In this document: piece by piece, positions 20,037 through 30,297 of the stretch | How the letters are laid out: every line of letters begins with the position of its first letter | How positions within the stretch are numbered: the first letter of the stretch is position 1 | Assembly (NCBI GenBank): GCA_048887225.1 | Contig: JBHLJY010000002.1 | Span: 128,001-192,000, forward strand | DNA: 64,000 nt | Direction of reading: 5' to 3' | From: Candidatus Hodarchaeota archaeon | GTDB lineage: Archaea; Asgardarchaeota; Lokiarchaeia; Sigyniarchaeales; SOKP01 | The notes under the pieces: model-generated | Told to the model about the DNA's origin: nothing | What the model saw: the letters and a program-made list of their open reading frames with translations, nothing else | Databases searched by the model: none | Program-made: the position numbers and the translations under genes

Positions 20037-21782
20037 TTATAAAAAATCAAATTTTTTGGTTTCAAATCCCCTATTTTTAAGAATTTTTTTAGCATTAGTT
20101 ATTATATTATCAATAAATTCATTGACTGAGATTGATTTTTTTATATGACCTGAAGCCATACTCCCTACGGTAATGTCTCTATAATTAAAATCAAAGATTT
20201 TCTTATGATAATCCTCGTCAAATATATTTTGCGTTATAATCTTGTTTTTATAGTCTTCTGGAGCTGGACATTCTTTTGTAGTCAATATTGCGGTGCCAAA
20301 GCATACTGCTTCTGCCCCCATTGCTAAAGCCCCGAGAAATCCTCTAGCATCACCAATTCCGCCAGCGGCAATGATTGGGACTTGAAGTATATCTCGTGCC
20401 ATTGTAATGTTAATTAGAGTTGTATTTTGATAAGGATTTTTAGCTCCAGCACCTTCAATTCCCACCAATGTTATAGCATCTGCTCCATATTTTTCTGCAG
20501 ACACCGCATGTTTTACAAGTGCACATTTGTGAAACCAATAACATCCTGCTTCATAGAGTTTCTTCCCAATTTTATTCGCTTGATACGCTGAAGTGGTACA
20601 AACTTTAATCCCCTCCTCAATAGCAATATCAACGTAATCTAAGTACGAATCTTCAGTTCTTAATCTCGGATTGCTTTTTGCCATTTCCGAAGATACAACA
20701 GAAAAATTAACACCAAATGGATGTTTTGTTAGTTTTTTTGTTAATTCAATTGCTTCTCGGAATTTTTCTTTAGTATTGTAAATTGATGCAGTAATAATTC
20801 CAAATCCCCCCGCATTTGAAAAGGCAGCAGCAAACGTGGCAGTTCCAAATCCCGCAAAAGCTCCCATAATAATTGGATATTTTGATCCCGTCATTTGAAT
20901 TATTCTATTTTCCTTATTTATTACTCCTCTTTCTATTATTTGCTCTGATTTATTTATAATATTCCCTATAAATTCTTTTAAGGATAAGATTTTTTTACAG
21001 TGTCCAATCGCCATTGAGCCAATGGGAGAATCTTTTAATTGTAGATGGAATATTTTCTTGTAATATATTTCGTCAAAGATATCTTGATTTATTATGTTTT
21101 TTTTCCATCTATTTGAAGCAGGGCTCTCAGTTGTAGCTATTATTGCGCTGCCAAAACATACAGCGTCAGCACCCATAGTAAGAGCTGCAAGAAACCCTCT
21201 TGCGTCGCCAATCCCCCCTGCTGCAATTATTGGAATTTCTAACAATTTTTTCCCCATTGTTATGTTAATCAACGTTGTATTTTGATTAGGGTTTTTGAAT
21301 CCAGTTCCTTCAAGACCTACTAGCGTTATTGCATCAGCTCCTGATTTTTCTGCTGCTAACGCATGTTTCAATGTAGTACATTTGTGGAAACGATAACATC
21401 CTGCATTTTTTATTTTTTTTCCAAGTTTAGGAGCGCGATATGCTGATGTTGTAAACACTTTAACTCCCGCATCAATTGCGATGTCTAAAAAATCCATGTA
21501 AAGTTCTTCGGTCCAACTTCTCCCCCCTCTTCTTAGATAAGGAGGCGTTATTGTAAAATTTACACCAAATGGTTTATCAGTCAATATTTTCATTTTTTCA
21601 AGTTCTTTTCGAAACTCATCAGCATTATTAAAATTCAGAGCAGTAATAATTCCTAGCCCTCCTGCATCTGAAAAGGCCGATGCAAATTCCGCTCTTCCTA
21701 AAAAAGCAAAAGCACCCATGATTATAGGATACTTAGTTTCAGTCATCTCAGTTATATTAGTTTTCCATATCAATGTTCTCAC
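20037..21782 (-). CDS. Nitronate monooxygenase/FabK-like flavoprotein with two tandem domains
   Basis: Two copies of KYPIIMGAFA...PIIAAGGIGDARGFL. Confidence 0.85.
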   Translation of the reverse strand: MRTLIWKTNITEMTETKYPIIMGAFAFLGRAEFASAFSDAGGLGIITALNFNNADEFRKELEKMKILTDKPFGVNFTITPPYLRRGGRSWTEELYMDFLDIAIDAGVKVFTTSAYRAPKLGKKIKNAGCYRFHKCTTLKHALAAEKSGADAITLVGLEGTGFKNPNQNTTLINITMGKKLLEIPIIAAGGIGDARGFLAALTMGADAVCFGSAIIATTESPASNRWKKNIINQDIFDEIYYKKIFHLQLKDSPIGSMAIGHCKKILSLKEFIGNIINKSEQIIERGVINKENRIIQMTGSKYPIIMGAFAGFGTATFAAAFSNAGGFGIITASIYNTKEKFREAIELTKKLTKHPFGVNFSVVSSEMAKSNPRLRTEDSYLDYVDIAIEEGIKVCTTSAYQANKIGKKLYEAGCYWFHKCALVKHAVSAEKYGADAITLVGIEGAGAKNPYQNTTLINITMARDILQVPIIAAGGIGDARGFLGALAMGAEAVCFGTAILTTKECPAPEDYKNKIITQNIFDEDYHKKIFDFNYRDITVGSMASGHIKKSISVNEFIDNIITNAKKILKNRGFETKKFDFL

Positions 21783-21882
21783 ATGTTTTTTAGAAAAAGT
21801 AATAATTAAAATATTAAATTCATAAAAATTTTTATTAAAGAAAAGAGATGTATAAAATAAAAAAGAATCCCAAGATTATTAT

Positions 21883-22632
21883 ATGGTTGACATAGTCTTT
21901 GTCGGGATGGTTTTTGAGACTATCATTATAGTAATTGCGTTAATTTTATTGAGTTTAATTTTAAAGAAATATACAGAATTGAAGAATCGACCGACATTAT
22001 ATCTATTTCTGATTTTTTTAAATATATCTATTGCAATTATTTTTTCATGGCTTTCGAAGATTATTGTCCTGACTACAGATATTAAATATATATATAATGA
22101 CCCAAATGCTAGATATCCAAATACGCCAATTTATTGGATTCTTCTGAGAATAGTAGATTTTAGAATTGCTCTTGATTTTTTAGCATTAGCTATAATTTTT
22201 TCATATATTTTTAAAGTAAAGGTTTTTGAGGAAGGCTACAATAAAGTTCATAAATTAATTTTTTTTGGGTATGCTGGCTTTACTATTTTCTTTTCAACAT
22301 TTATCTACGAACGAGGTAATACATCTTTGGATGCTTTTAATTTTTTTTTTATGTTCATGCTTGTTGCTATTATATACATACCTTTTACAATAAAAGCTAT
22401 TATGAGTTATAAGAATTCTATTGATCCATTTATTAAAAACAAAATCTTATTTTTAGTATTAATGTCCTTAAGCTTCATAACTGTTGTATTGAATTTTTTA
22501 ATCGATCGAATTTTGGTATTAATGGGAAGCCCACATTTTACGATCTTTTATTTTATGGCATGGATTTGTTTAATTATAGGAATTATTTTTGCTTACATTG
22601 GATATATTAAACCTAAAAGTAGCGAAGTATAA
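21883..22632 (+). CDS. Multi-pass (~7 TM) membrane protein
   Basis: About seven hydrophobic segments; same layout as 13768..14520. Confidence 0.7.
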   Translation: MVDIVFVGMVFETIIIVIALILLSLILKKYTELKNRPTLYLFLIFLNISIAIIFSWLSKIIVLTTDIKYIYNDPNARYPNTPIYWILLRIVDFRIALDFLALAIIFSYIFKVKVFEEGYNKVHKLIFFGYAGFTIFFSTFIYERGNTSLDAFNFFFMFMLVAIIYIPFTIKAIMSYKNSIDPFIKNKILFLVLMSLSFITVVLNFLIDRILVLMGSPHFTIFYFMAWICLIIGIIFAYIGYIKPKSSEV

Positions 22633-22673
22633 ATCCTGTAATTATTCAATTTTATCTTGGTCAAAACATAATA

Positions 22674-22862
22674 TTATTTTTCTTTAATTAGTTTTATAGT
22701 AGCAACAAATATCCCTATCAACAATGGTAAAGGGGCAAGTAAACCTAATATAATATATGATCCATCATTTTGGGCATATGCTACGTTAAGTGCCTGTAAA
22801 AAAACTAACATATAAATAGCTAGCATTACTATGATCGGGATAAATTTCACTCTATTTTTCAT
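22674..22862 (-). CDS. Small two-TM membrane protein
   Basis: Two hydrophobic segments; 15 bp downstream of the co-oriented upstream gene. Confidence 0.6.
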   Translation of the reverse strand: MKNRVKFIPIIVMLAIYMLVFLQALNVAYAQNDGSYIILGLLAPLPLLIGIFVATIKLIKEK

Positions 22863-22877
22863 TTTTCATCATCTCAT

Positions 22878-23720
22878 TTAAATTGAGCCAATAGGTATAA
22901 GATCTACTCCAACAAAAAAAGGTGATATAATTAAATATACTAAAAATATTAAAAAAAAACAAATAAATAAAAAAATGGGGATATACCCATAAAATATTAT
23001 TGCGGATTTATTTTTTCCTCGATTCTTGATTTTTTTTTCATTTAAGACAAAGTAATAAATAACTGCGAATAGAAATATTACGAAAAACCAGCCAAGAAAA
23101 TTGTAAAATGGAATTGAAAAAATTGAAAATGTTTCATTTGGTTCCATTAACCAAACCCAAGATCCCTTTGAATCAGGATATCTTGAGATTGAACCCAAAT
23201 TTACCATTACGGGATCCATAAAAAGATCTAAGGAAACTGCTAAAATTCCAGCAATTAAAGCATGGAAAACATAATTACGATTTGGAAATATTATTTCTGC
23301 TATATAAACACACGACCATGCAATAACAAACCAAGCTAAACAAGTAGCGAATGGAATTTCTAAAAACCATAAACCTCCTCTAGTAAAGAAATAAGTTTGA
23401 AATGGAATAATCTTGAACCGCCCTCCCAATATCCAAAAACATTCTTCTAATCCTGTAAAAACTATAGAACCGTACAAGAAACAAGTAGTTCTATATTTTC
23501 CATGCCTTTTATAACCGTGATATATGATTAATATAGCTATAAATGAAATAGAAACATCAATTAAAATTAAATCGATCCAAAAGGGTTCATAAGTGTATGG
23601 TCCTCGGACATTTGGAACTTGTAACACCTGTGGAAAAAGATGGTGTAATATTGTTGAAATTATAATTACTGGAGCCAATACAATTGAATTAATTATAATG
23701 AATTTATTGTCGTATTCCAT
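22878..23720 (-). CDS. CruF/DUF422-like (carotenoid 1,2-hydratase family) membrane protein
   Basis: E..IP....AW, DLFMDP, WVW, IPFYNFLGWF. Confidence 0.7.
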   Translation of the reverse strand: MEYDNKFIIINSIVLAPVIIISTILHHLFPQVLQVPNVRGPYTYEPFWIDLILIDVSISFIAILIIYHGYKRHGKYRTTCFLYGSIVFTGLEECFWILGGRFKIIPFQTYFFTRGGLWFLEIPFATCLAWFVIAWSCVYIAEIIFPNRNYVFHALIAGILAVSLDLFMDPVMVNLGSISRYPDSKGSWVWLMEPNETFSIFSIPFYNFLGWFFVIFLFAVIYYFVLNEKKIKNRGKNKSAIIFYGYIPIFLFICFFLIFLVYLIISPFFVGVDLIPIGSI

Positions 23721-23919
23721 AATACGGGCTCTAGATTTTCGATATTTTTATATAAAAAAGCTGTAGGAATATTTTTAGATGAAATAAATTGAATTTAATT
23801 TTATTTAAATTTTCATAACAAGCGAAAGATAAATATTTTCAAATCGTAAAGAATTTAAGAAAAATAAGATATTTAAAAATTGAACAAATCTTATTAAAAG
23901 AAAATATTCGTTTAAGTAA

Positions 23920-24228
23920 ATGAATGACTCAGAGTTTAATGAAGAAATTGAAAAGTTAGGCAGAAAAAAAATAAATTTGTTTTCTTCAGAAGCATTAGAA
24001 AATTCTATTAAAAATTTGACAAATCCTCGTTTTTTAGGATCTATTCATATGAAAAATTTACGCCCAAACACTAATTTTAGCTCAATAGAGAATTTATTAA
24101 AAGGAGAACTTGAATTAAAAATTAACAAATCCTTAAAAAACACAATTTTCAACCCTATAGCAAAGATCTTAATCATTTTAATGATAACTTTTAATATTAT
24201 ATGGATTACTATTTTCTTTCTACTATAG
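23920..24228 (+). CDS. Hypothetical protein with C-terminal TM anchor
   Basis: Hydrophobic final ~22 aa. Confidence 0.55.
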   Translation: MNDSEFNEEIEKLGRKKINLFSSEALENSIKNLTNPRFLGSIHMKNLRPNTNFSSIENLLKGELELKINKSLKNTIFNPIAKILIILMITFNIIWITIFFLL

Positions 24229-24429
24229 CTTCAAAAGAGAGATGAATAAATCCAAAATTTTTTTTTTAAAAAAGCTATAGAATTATTTAGCAGAAACTAA
24301 CTTTATCAATTAGAAAATATATTCTATTAAATTAAATTTTAAAAAGATCTAACTTATTTATATTTAAATTAATAGCTTTTATATAATTTGATTTTCGAAA
24401 ATAAATCTCGTTAACAAGGTAGCCTACAA

Positions 24430-25899
24430 TTGAAATACGATGTTGTTATTATCGGTGGTGGAGTCATTGGATGCTGCATTGCTCGTACTCTTTCAAAATA
24501 TGATTTAAAAATAGCTTTATTAGAAAAAGAAGCCGATATTGCTTCTGGAACCACTAAAGCCAATTCAGGCGTTATTCACGCAGGGTATGCTTCTGAAAGA
24601 CAATATATTAAGCGTCATTTATGCATTAGAGGGAATAGGTTATATACCCAAGCTCAAGAAGAGTTAAATTTTCCTTTCCAACGAATCGGTTCATTTGTAG
24701 TTGGGCTAGAAGATGATCAAATTAAAGATCTAGAAGAATTGAAAAAAAAAGGAATGGAAGATGGAATTCATGATCTAGATGTAATCCTCGATAAAAAGAA
24801 AATTTTGCAAATGGAACCTAATATAACGGATGATGTAGTTGGTGTCTTACACGCGCCTTCAGCTGGACTCGCAAGTCCTTATGAATTAACATTTGCGTTA
24901 GCAGAAAATGCTGCAATGAATGGAGTAAAATTTTTCCGCAATCATGAAGTTATTAAGATTAAACATCAAGATTATACTTTCAGCGTAAGGACAATAGGAA
25001 GAGAGGAGTTTAAGGCGAATAATCTTATTAATGCATCTGGCCTTTATGCAGCGCATATTTCTAGGATGCTAGGATTAGATTATTTCGAGATAATGCCAAG
25101 AAAAGGTGAATATATTCTATTTGATCGCAACGCAATTCATCTGAATAAAATAGTATTTCCAATTCCAACTAAGGTATCGAAAGGAATATTGGTCTGTCCA
25201 ACTCTACATGGAAATACGTTTGTTGGACCTAACGCTCAAAATATTACTGATTTAGAAGATATTTCAACCACAGAAGCGGGTTTAAAGGAAATTTTAGAGG
25301 GAGGAAGAAAATTAGTACCTAACTTGCCAGCAAGGAGTTCCATTAGAAGCTTCGCAGGTCTTAGAGCAGTACCTAATACGTACGATTTTATAATTGATAA
25401 TACAGATGTGTATGGTTTTATAAATGTTGCGGGTATATTATCCCCTGGTTTAACAGCGAGTTTCGCGATAGCAGAAAAAGTTGAAGAATTTCTTGAATTG
25501 TTAGGTGTTGTTATGAAACTTAAAGACGATTACAATCCAAATAGACCTAAACCTGAACGATTTAAAGATTTTACTAAAGAGGAATTAGATAAAAAGATAC
25601 CAGAAGATTCTACGTGGGGAAGAATAATTTGTCGTTGCGAAACTATTCCTGAAAGAGAAATTCTGAACGCAATTCATGCGCCAGTAGGGGCGACCACTGT
25701 TGATGGAATAAAGTTCCGATGCCGCCCGGGGATGGGTCGTTGCCAAGGAGGATTCTGTCGTCCTCGAGTAATTGGAATATTATCGAGAGAACTAAATCTT
25801 CCGTATGAACAAATAACAAAAAAGGGTGAAGACACACAATTCTTAATAGGACACACAAAAGATTTTATTTTAGAAGAGATAGAACGGGAAAAAGAATAA
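24430..25899 (+). CDS. glpA: FAD-dependent glycerol-3-phosphate dehydrogenase-like subunit with BFD-like [2Fe-2S] domain
   Basis: GGGVIG, TTKANSGVIHAG, CRCE, GMGRCQGGFC. Confidence 0.8.
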   Translation: MKYDVVIIGGGVIGCCIARTLSKYDLKIALLEKEADIASGTTKANSGVIHAGYASERQYIKRHLCIRGNRLYTQAQEELNFPFQRIGSFVVGLEDDQIKDLEELKKKGMEDGIHDLDVILDKKKILQMEPNITDDVVGVLHAPSAGLASPYELTFALAENAAMNGVKFFRNHEVIKIKHQDYTFSVRTIGREEFKANNLINASGLYAAHISRMLGLDYFEIMPRKGEYILFDRNAIHLNKIVFPIPTKVSKGILVCPTLHGNTFVGPNAQNITDLEDISTTEAGLKEILEGGRKLVPNLPARSSIRSFAGLRAVPNTYDFIIDNTDVYGFINVAGILSPGLTASFAIAEKVEEFLELLGVVMKLKDDYNPNRPKPERFKDFTKEELDKKIPEDSTWGRIICRCETIPEREILNAIHAPVGATTVDGIKFRCRPGMGRCQGGFCRPRVIGILSRELNLPYEQITKKGEDTQFLIGHTKDFILEEIEREKE

Positions 25900-27194
25900 T
25901 GAAAAAATATAATATTGATGTCGCTGTAATTGGAGCAGGTGCAGCGGGTTTGGCGGCTGCTATTGAAGTAAAAAAGGCTGGATTAGACGTTTTAATTTTA
26001 GAAAGAGATAAAGAATTAGGAGGTATCACATTACAATGCATTCATAATGGTTTTGGGCTACACGAATTTGGAGAAGAATTGACTGGTCCGGAATATGTGC
26101 AGAGATTTATTAATGAAGTAAAACAATTAGATATACAGTATAAACTGGATACTATGGTAATTGAGTTTACGCAAGATAAAAATGTTTATGCTGTAAATAA
26201 AGAAGAGGGTCTAATAGAAATAAAAGCAAAAGCAATAATCTTAGCTATGGGTTGTCGTGAAAGAACAAGAGGGGCAATCAATATACCTGGATTTAGACCA
26301 GCTGGAATTTATACAGCCGGACAAGCTCAAAGATTCGTAAATATGGAAGGTTATTTGCCCGGTCGTTCTTTCGTTATTTTAGGAAGCGGAGATATTGGTA
26401 TGATTATGGCAAGAAGATTGACATGGGAAGGATGCCAAGTAAAAGCAGTTGTTGAGATAAATCCTTATGTAAGCGGTTTGATCAGGAATCAAGTGCAATG
26501 CCTAGAAGATTACGACATCCCACTCATATTAGGTTATACAGTAACTAAAATTCATGGTGATGAACGCGTTCAGGGAGTAACCATTTCGAAAGTTGATCGA
26601 AATTTTGATAGAATTATTGGTACAGACAGATTTATTGAGTGTGATACTTTATTGTTATCAGTTGGTTTAATCCCAGAAAATGAATTGACACTACAAGCGG
26701 GAGCAGAGATATCTGCCATGGGAGGCCCAATTGTTGATAATAATTTAGAAACAACAATAGAAGGGGTTTTTGCCTGTGGCAATGTATTACAAGTTCATGA
26801 TCTAGTCGATTTAGTTACTGCTGAAGCAAAAAGAGCAGGATTAAATGCAGTTGAGTATATTAAGGAAAAACATGGAAAAGATATTAAAAGAGAAGATCAA
26901 ATTAATTGTATCGCTGGAGAAAACGTCGCTTACGTTAAACCAGACATAATTAATAGAGAAGACTTATCCAATGACATCATATTCTCGTTTAGAGTGAAGT
27001 ATCCAGATAGAAGAATTCTGATTCAAATTAAAGATCTGGATAGTAATCACATTCTCTATAATAAAAAGAAAGTGTACGTCATACCTAGCGAAATGATTGA
27101 ATTAAACATAAACTTTGAAAATATAAGTCCTAATTGCAAACAGATAGAAATTGAAGTTATACCTCGCCCAGAGGTTTTAATCGAAGAAGATTAG
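25899..27194 (+). CDS. Pyridine nucleotide-disulfide oxidoreductase (partner subunit)
   Basis: GAGAAG, QCIHNGFG, GCRERTRG; 1-nt overlap with upstream gene. Confidence 0.85.
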   Translation: MKKYNIDVAVIGAGAAGLAAAIEVKKAGLDVLILERDKELGGITLQCIHNGFGLHEFGEELTGPEYVQRFINEVKQLDIQYKLDTMVIEFTQDKNVYAVNKEEGLIEIKAKAIILAMGCRERTRGAINIPGFRPAGIYTAGQAQRFVNMEGYLPGRSFVILGSGDIGMIMARRLTWEGCQVKAVVEINPYVSGLIRNQVQCLEDYDIPLILGYTVTKIHGDERVQGVTISKVDRNFDRIIGTDRFIECDTLLLSVGLIPENELTLQAGAEISAMGGPIVDNNLETTIEGVFACGNVLQVHDLVDLVTAEAKRAGLNAVEYIKEKHGKDIKREDQINCIAGENVAYVKPDIINREDLSNDIIFSFRVKYPDRRILIQIKDLDSNHILYNKKKVYVIPSEMIELNINFENISPNCKQIEIEVIPRPEVLIEED

Positions 27195-27219
27195 AGATTA
27201 TATTTTGGTGATATAAAAA

Positions 27220-27606
27220 ATGTCAGAAAGTAGCCAAAGCGTCGTAAAAGTTATAAGATGTATTATTTGTCCAACTGGTTGTGCAATTCAAGCAGTTGGC
27301 GACGGTAAAGGAAACGTTACTTTTGATGGATACACCTGCAAAAGAGGGTTGGAATATGCTGAACAAGAATATTACGAACCCAAAAGAATTCTTACAACTA
27401 CTATGCGCGTAGAGAATGGATTATTACCCTTGATTCCTGTAAGAACAAACGAGCCAATTCCTAAAGATAAGCTTAAAGATGTTTTAAAAGAAATTGCTAA
27501 AAAAATTCTTAAGCCTCCGATTAAAATGGGTGATATCTTAATTGAAAATGTGTTAGGTTTAGATGCCAATATAATAGCTAGTCGAGACCTAATTAAAAAC
27601 TCATAA
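27220..27606 (+). CDS. DUF1667-family Cys-rich subunit
   Basis: CIICPTGC...CKRG...PKRILTTT. Confidence 0.85.
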   Translation: MSESSQSVVKVIRCIICPTGCAIQAVGDGKGNVTFDGYTCKRGLEYAEQEYYEPKRILTTTMRVENGLLPLIPVRTNEPIPKDKLKDVLKEIAKKILKPPIKMGDILIENVLGLDANIIASRDLIKNS

Positions 27607-27727
27607 TTTTGATATACTTATTTTAAAATCTCTCCCTTTGAATAATTCAAAATTATGTTATTCTTTAATTAATTATAAATATTCTAAAAAATAATTCTAT
27701 CTTTTTTATTGAACTAAGATAATTAGG

Positions 27728-29107
27728 ATGTTCCAAATGAATAAAAGTGAAGTTTTAACATATTTGGAAGAAATCGTAGGCAAGGATTATGTTTCCAATA
27801 AACCCGAAGATTTATTTATATATTCACAGGATCCTGGAGCTTCTTTACCTCGCCCAGCTGATTTTGTAGTCTTGCCTAAGACAGTTGAAGAAATCCAAAG
27901 AATCGTGATATTGGCAAATAAGGAAAAAATTCCTATAGTACCCATGGGTGGTGGATTGACCCTTAGCGGATTAATAATCCCTGTTAGAGGGGGAATTGTT
28001 TTAGATATGAAAAGAATGGATCAAATTCTCGAAATAAATGAATTAAGTCGTTATGCTCTTATAGAAGCTGGTGTTACAACGGGAAAATTACTTTCCCATT
28101 TAAATGAAAATCATCCAGACTTACAGCCTCCAGTCCCAGATGCTCCACCCTCTGCAACAGTTGCTGGAAACGTGCTAATTCATGGTTCAGGTTATTTATC
28201 TCAAAGATATGGAGATCATGGAGCCATGATTAATGGGCTTGAAGTCGTTTTGCCAAACGGAGAAATATGTAGATTAGGATCGTGCGCTGTTTCCAATTTT
28301 TGGTTTGGTAGAGGGCCTATCCCTGATTTTATTGGATTATTTATAAGTTCGTTTGGCACGATGGGAATAATTACGAAACTTTCAATCCAATTGTTTCCAA
28401 AACCAAAAAAGAGAGATATAATCTTTGGGCTTATGAAAGATCCAAAAAATATACCGCATTTATTGCTAAAAATTACCTCAACGGGATTAGCTGAAGACGT
28501 TTTACTTGGAATGCAAGATAAACCTGAATGGATGAAAGGTTATATTTTTATTATGACTTATATTACAGGAGATTCTCAGGAAGATATAGAACACCAAATA
28601 AAAATTTTTAAGCGCTTATATCGTAATGCAAAAGCTAGATATATGAAAGCCCCTCAAAAGATGGTAAATCTTTATTTAGAAAAACCAATATTTGCTTCAG
28701 GTGCGGCTGATTATAGAAAAGGAGGAGGATTTGAATATGTTGGAGCATTTATGCCTTTAGAAAAGATACCAGAAGCTTACGAAAGAGGAGCAGAACTTTC
28801 AAGAAAATTTGGTATTCCTCCAACATTAGGTTCTCGTTTGATGGGAGGAACTCATACCATTATAATGTTCTTCTCCTATTCTTTCAATAGAGCAGATCCA
28901 GCCGACATGGAAAATGCGAGAAATGCACTTGAAGAAACGAATAAATTAGCTTTAGAATTAGGAGGTATTCCATGGAAGGCGGAATTAACTGGTCAAAGAT
29001 TAATTCTAGAAAAAATGGATCCTAATTATAAGAAGCTAATGAAAATAATTCGGAGTACTCTAGATCCTAATGGAATTATGAATCCAGGAAATTGGGAGGT
29101 GGATTAA
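27728..29107 (+). CDS. FAD-linked oxidase (GlcD/D-lactate dehydrogenase/alkyl-DHAP synthase family)
   Basis: VVLP..VEEI, GLEVVLPNG, GTMGIITK, LDPNGIMNPG. Confidence 0.87.
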   Translation: MFQMNKSEVLTYLEEIVGKDYVSNKPEDLFIYSQDPGASLPRPADFVVLPKTVEEIQRIVILANKEKIPIVPMGGGLTLSGLIIPVRGGIVLDMKRMDQILEINELSRYALIEAGVTTGKLLSHLNENHPDLQPPVPDAPPSATVAGNVLIHGSGYLSQRYGDHGAMINGLEVVLPNGEICRLGSCAVSNFWFGRGPIPDFIGLFISSFGTMGIITKLSIQLFPKPKKRDIIFGLMKDPKNIPHLLLKITSTGLAEDVLLGMQDKPEWMKGYIFIMTYITGDSQEDIEHQIKIFKRLYRNAKARYMKAPQKMVNLYLEKPIFASGAADYRKGGGFEYVGAFMPLEKIPEAYERGAELSRKFGIPPTLGSRLMGGTHTIIMFFSYSFNRADPADMENARNALEETNKLALELGGIPWKAELTGQRLILEKMDPNYKKLMKIIRSTLDPNGIMNPGNWEVD

Positions 29108-29109
29108 AA

Positions 29110-30282
29110 TTGACTATAGAAGCTGAACAAGATTGGAAAGATATAATACATAGATGTTTTCGATGTGGATATTGTAAATTTACTTATGATTTTACTAACT
29201 TAAATTGTCCTAGTTATAAAAAGCACCGATTTGAGACATATAGTACGGGTGGAAGAATGTGGCTTATATATGCTATTATTAATGGAGATCTCCAATGGAG
29301 TGAAAATTTAGCTAATGTTTTATACTCGTGTTCTACTTGTGGAAATTGTATGGAAAATTGTAGGTTTGATAAATTTAATCATTTTCTCGTAGATTTTATT
29401 GAAGCAGCGCGCGCAGAAGCCATTAAAAATGGCTATTGTCCTGAGAGGCAAAAAGTTATAGTAGATCGAGCCACAAATCCAGAATTCTGGAATCCTTATG
29501 GTGAGCTCAACTCCGATAATGAGGTATTAAAAAGAGAATACAATTTGACAGATGAAGCAGAATGGGTTTATTTTATAGGATGTACCTCAAATTATCGTCA
29601 AAAACAAATTAGAGATGCTACCTTAAGATTATTAAAAAAAACAGAGATAGATTTTACCTTAATTGATGAACATTGCTGTACAAGTCCAATTCTAAGAATA
29701 GGTAATATAGATGTGGGTCCTGATTTTATGAATTATAACATTACGAAAATAAATAATTCTGGTGCTTCTAAAGTCGTAACCTCCTGTGCTGGGTGCTATA
29801 GAACGATGAAAAAAGATTATGAGAAATATGGAGCAGATATAGGATTCGAAATCTATCACACTGGAGAATTAATAAATAAATTATTGGATGAGGGAAAAAT
29901 CAAAATTAAGTCAAAATATGAAAAAATAATTACTTATCACGACCCTTGTCACCTTGGAAGACATATGGAGATGTACGAAATTCCCCGAGAAATTTTAAAA
30001 AAAATTCCTGGAATTAAGTTTGTCGAAATGAAGAGAATTAGAAATAATGCCTGGTGTTGTGGTGCAGGTGGTGGTGTTAAAATTGGTTATCCAAATTGGG
30101 CATTAGAAATTTCAAAAGAGAGACTAGAGGAAGCTAAAAAAACAGGTGCAACAGTTCTAACATCAATGTGTCCATTTTGTAAAACAAATCTTAATGAGGC
30201 AAATAAAAAATTTAACATTGGATTTGAAGTAATTGATATAATAGAACTATTAAATCAGTTAGATATTGAAATTAATGAATAA
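29110..30282 (+). CDS. Fe-S oxidoreductase, GlcF/GlpC/HdrD-like with CCG domains
   Basis: CFRCGYC, CSTCGNC, YHDPCHLGR, CCGAGGG; TTG at 29110 in frame with the ORF-track call. Confidence 0.87.
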   Translation: MTIEAEQDWKDIIHRCFRCGYCKFTYDFTNLNCPSYKKHRFETYSTGGRMWLIYAIINGDLQWSENLANVLYSCSTCGNCMENCRFDKFNHFLVDFIEAARAEAIKNGYCPERQKVIVDRATNPEFWNPYGELNSDNEVLKREYNLTDEAEWVYFIGCTSNYRQKQIRDATLRLLKKTEIDFTLIDEHCCTSPILRIGNIDVGPDFMNYNITKINNSGASKVVTSCAGCYRTMKKDYEKYGADIGFEIYHTGELINKLLDEGKIKIKSKYEKIITYHDPCHLGRHMEMYEIPREILKKIPGIKFVEMKRIRNNAWCCGAGGGVKIGYPNWALEISKERLEEAKKTGATVLTSMCPFCKTNLNEANKKFNIGFEVIDIIELLNQLDIEINE

Positions 30283-30297
30283 TATAAAAAAAACCTT

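Noticed and set aside
13768-22632. The two 7-TM proteins as rhodopsins
   Set aside because: No retinal-binding Lys motif within the last helix
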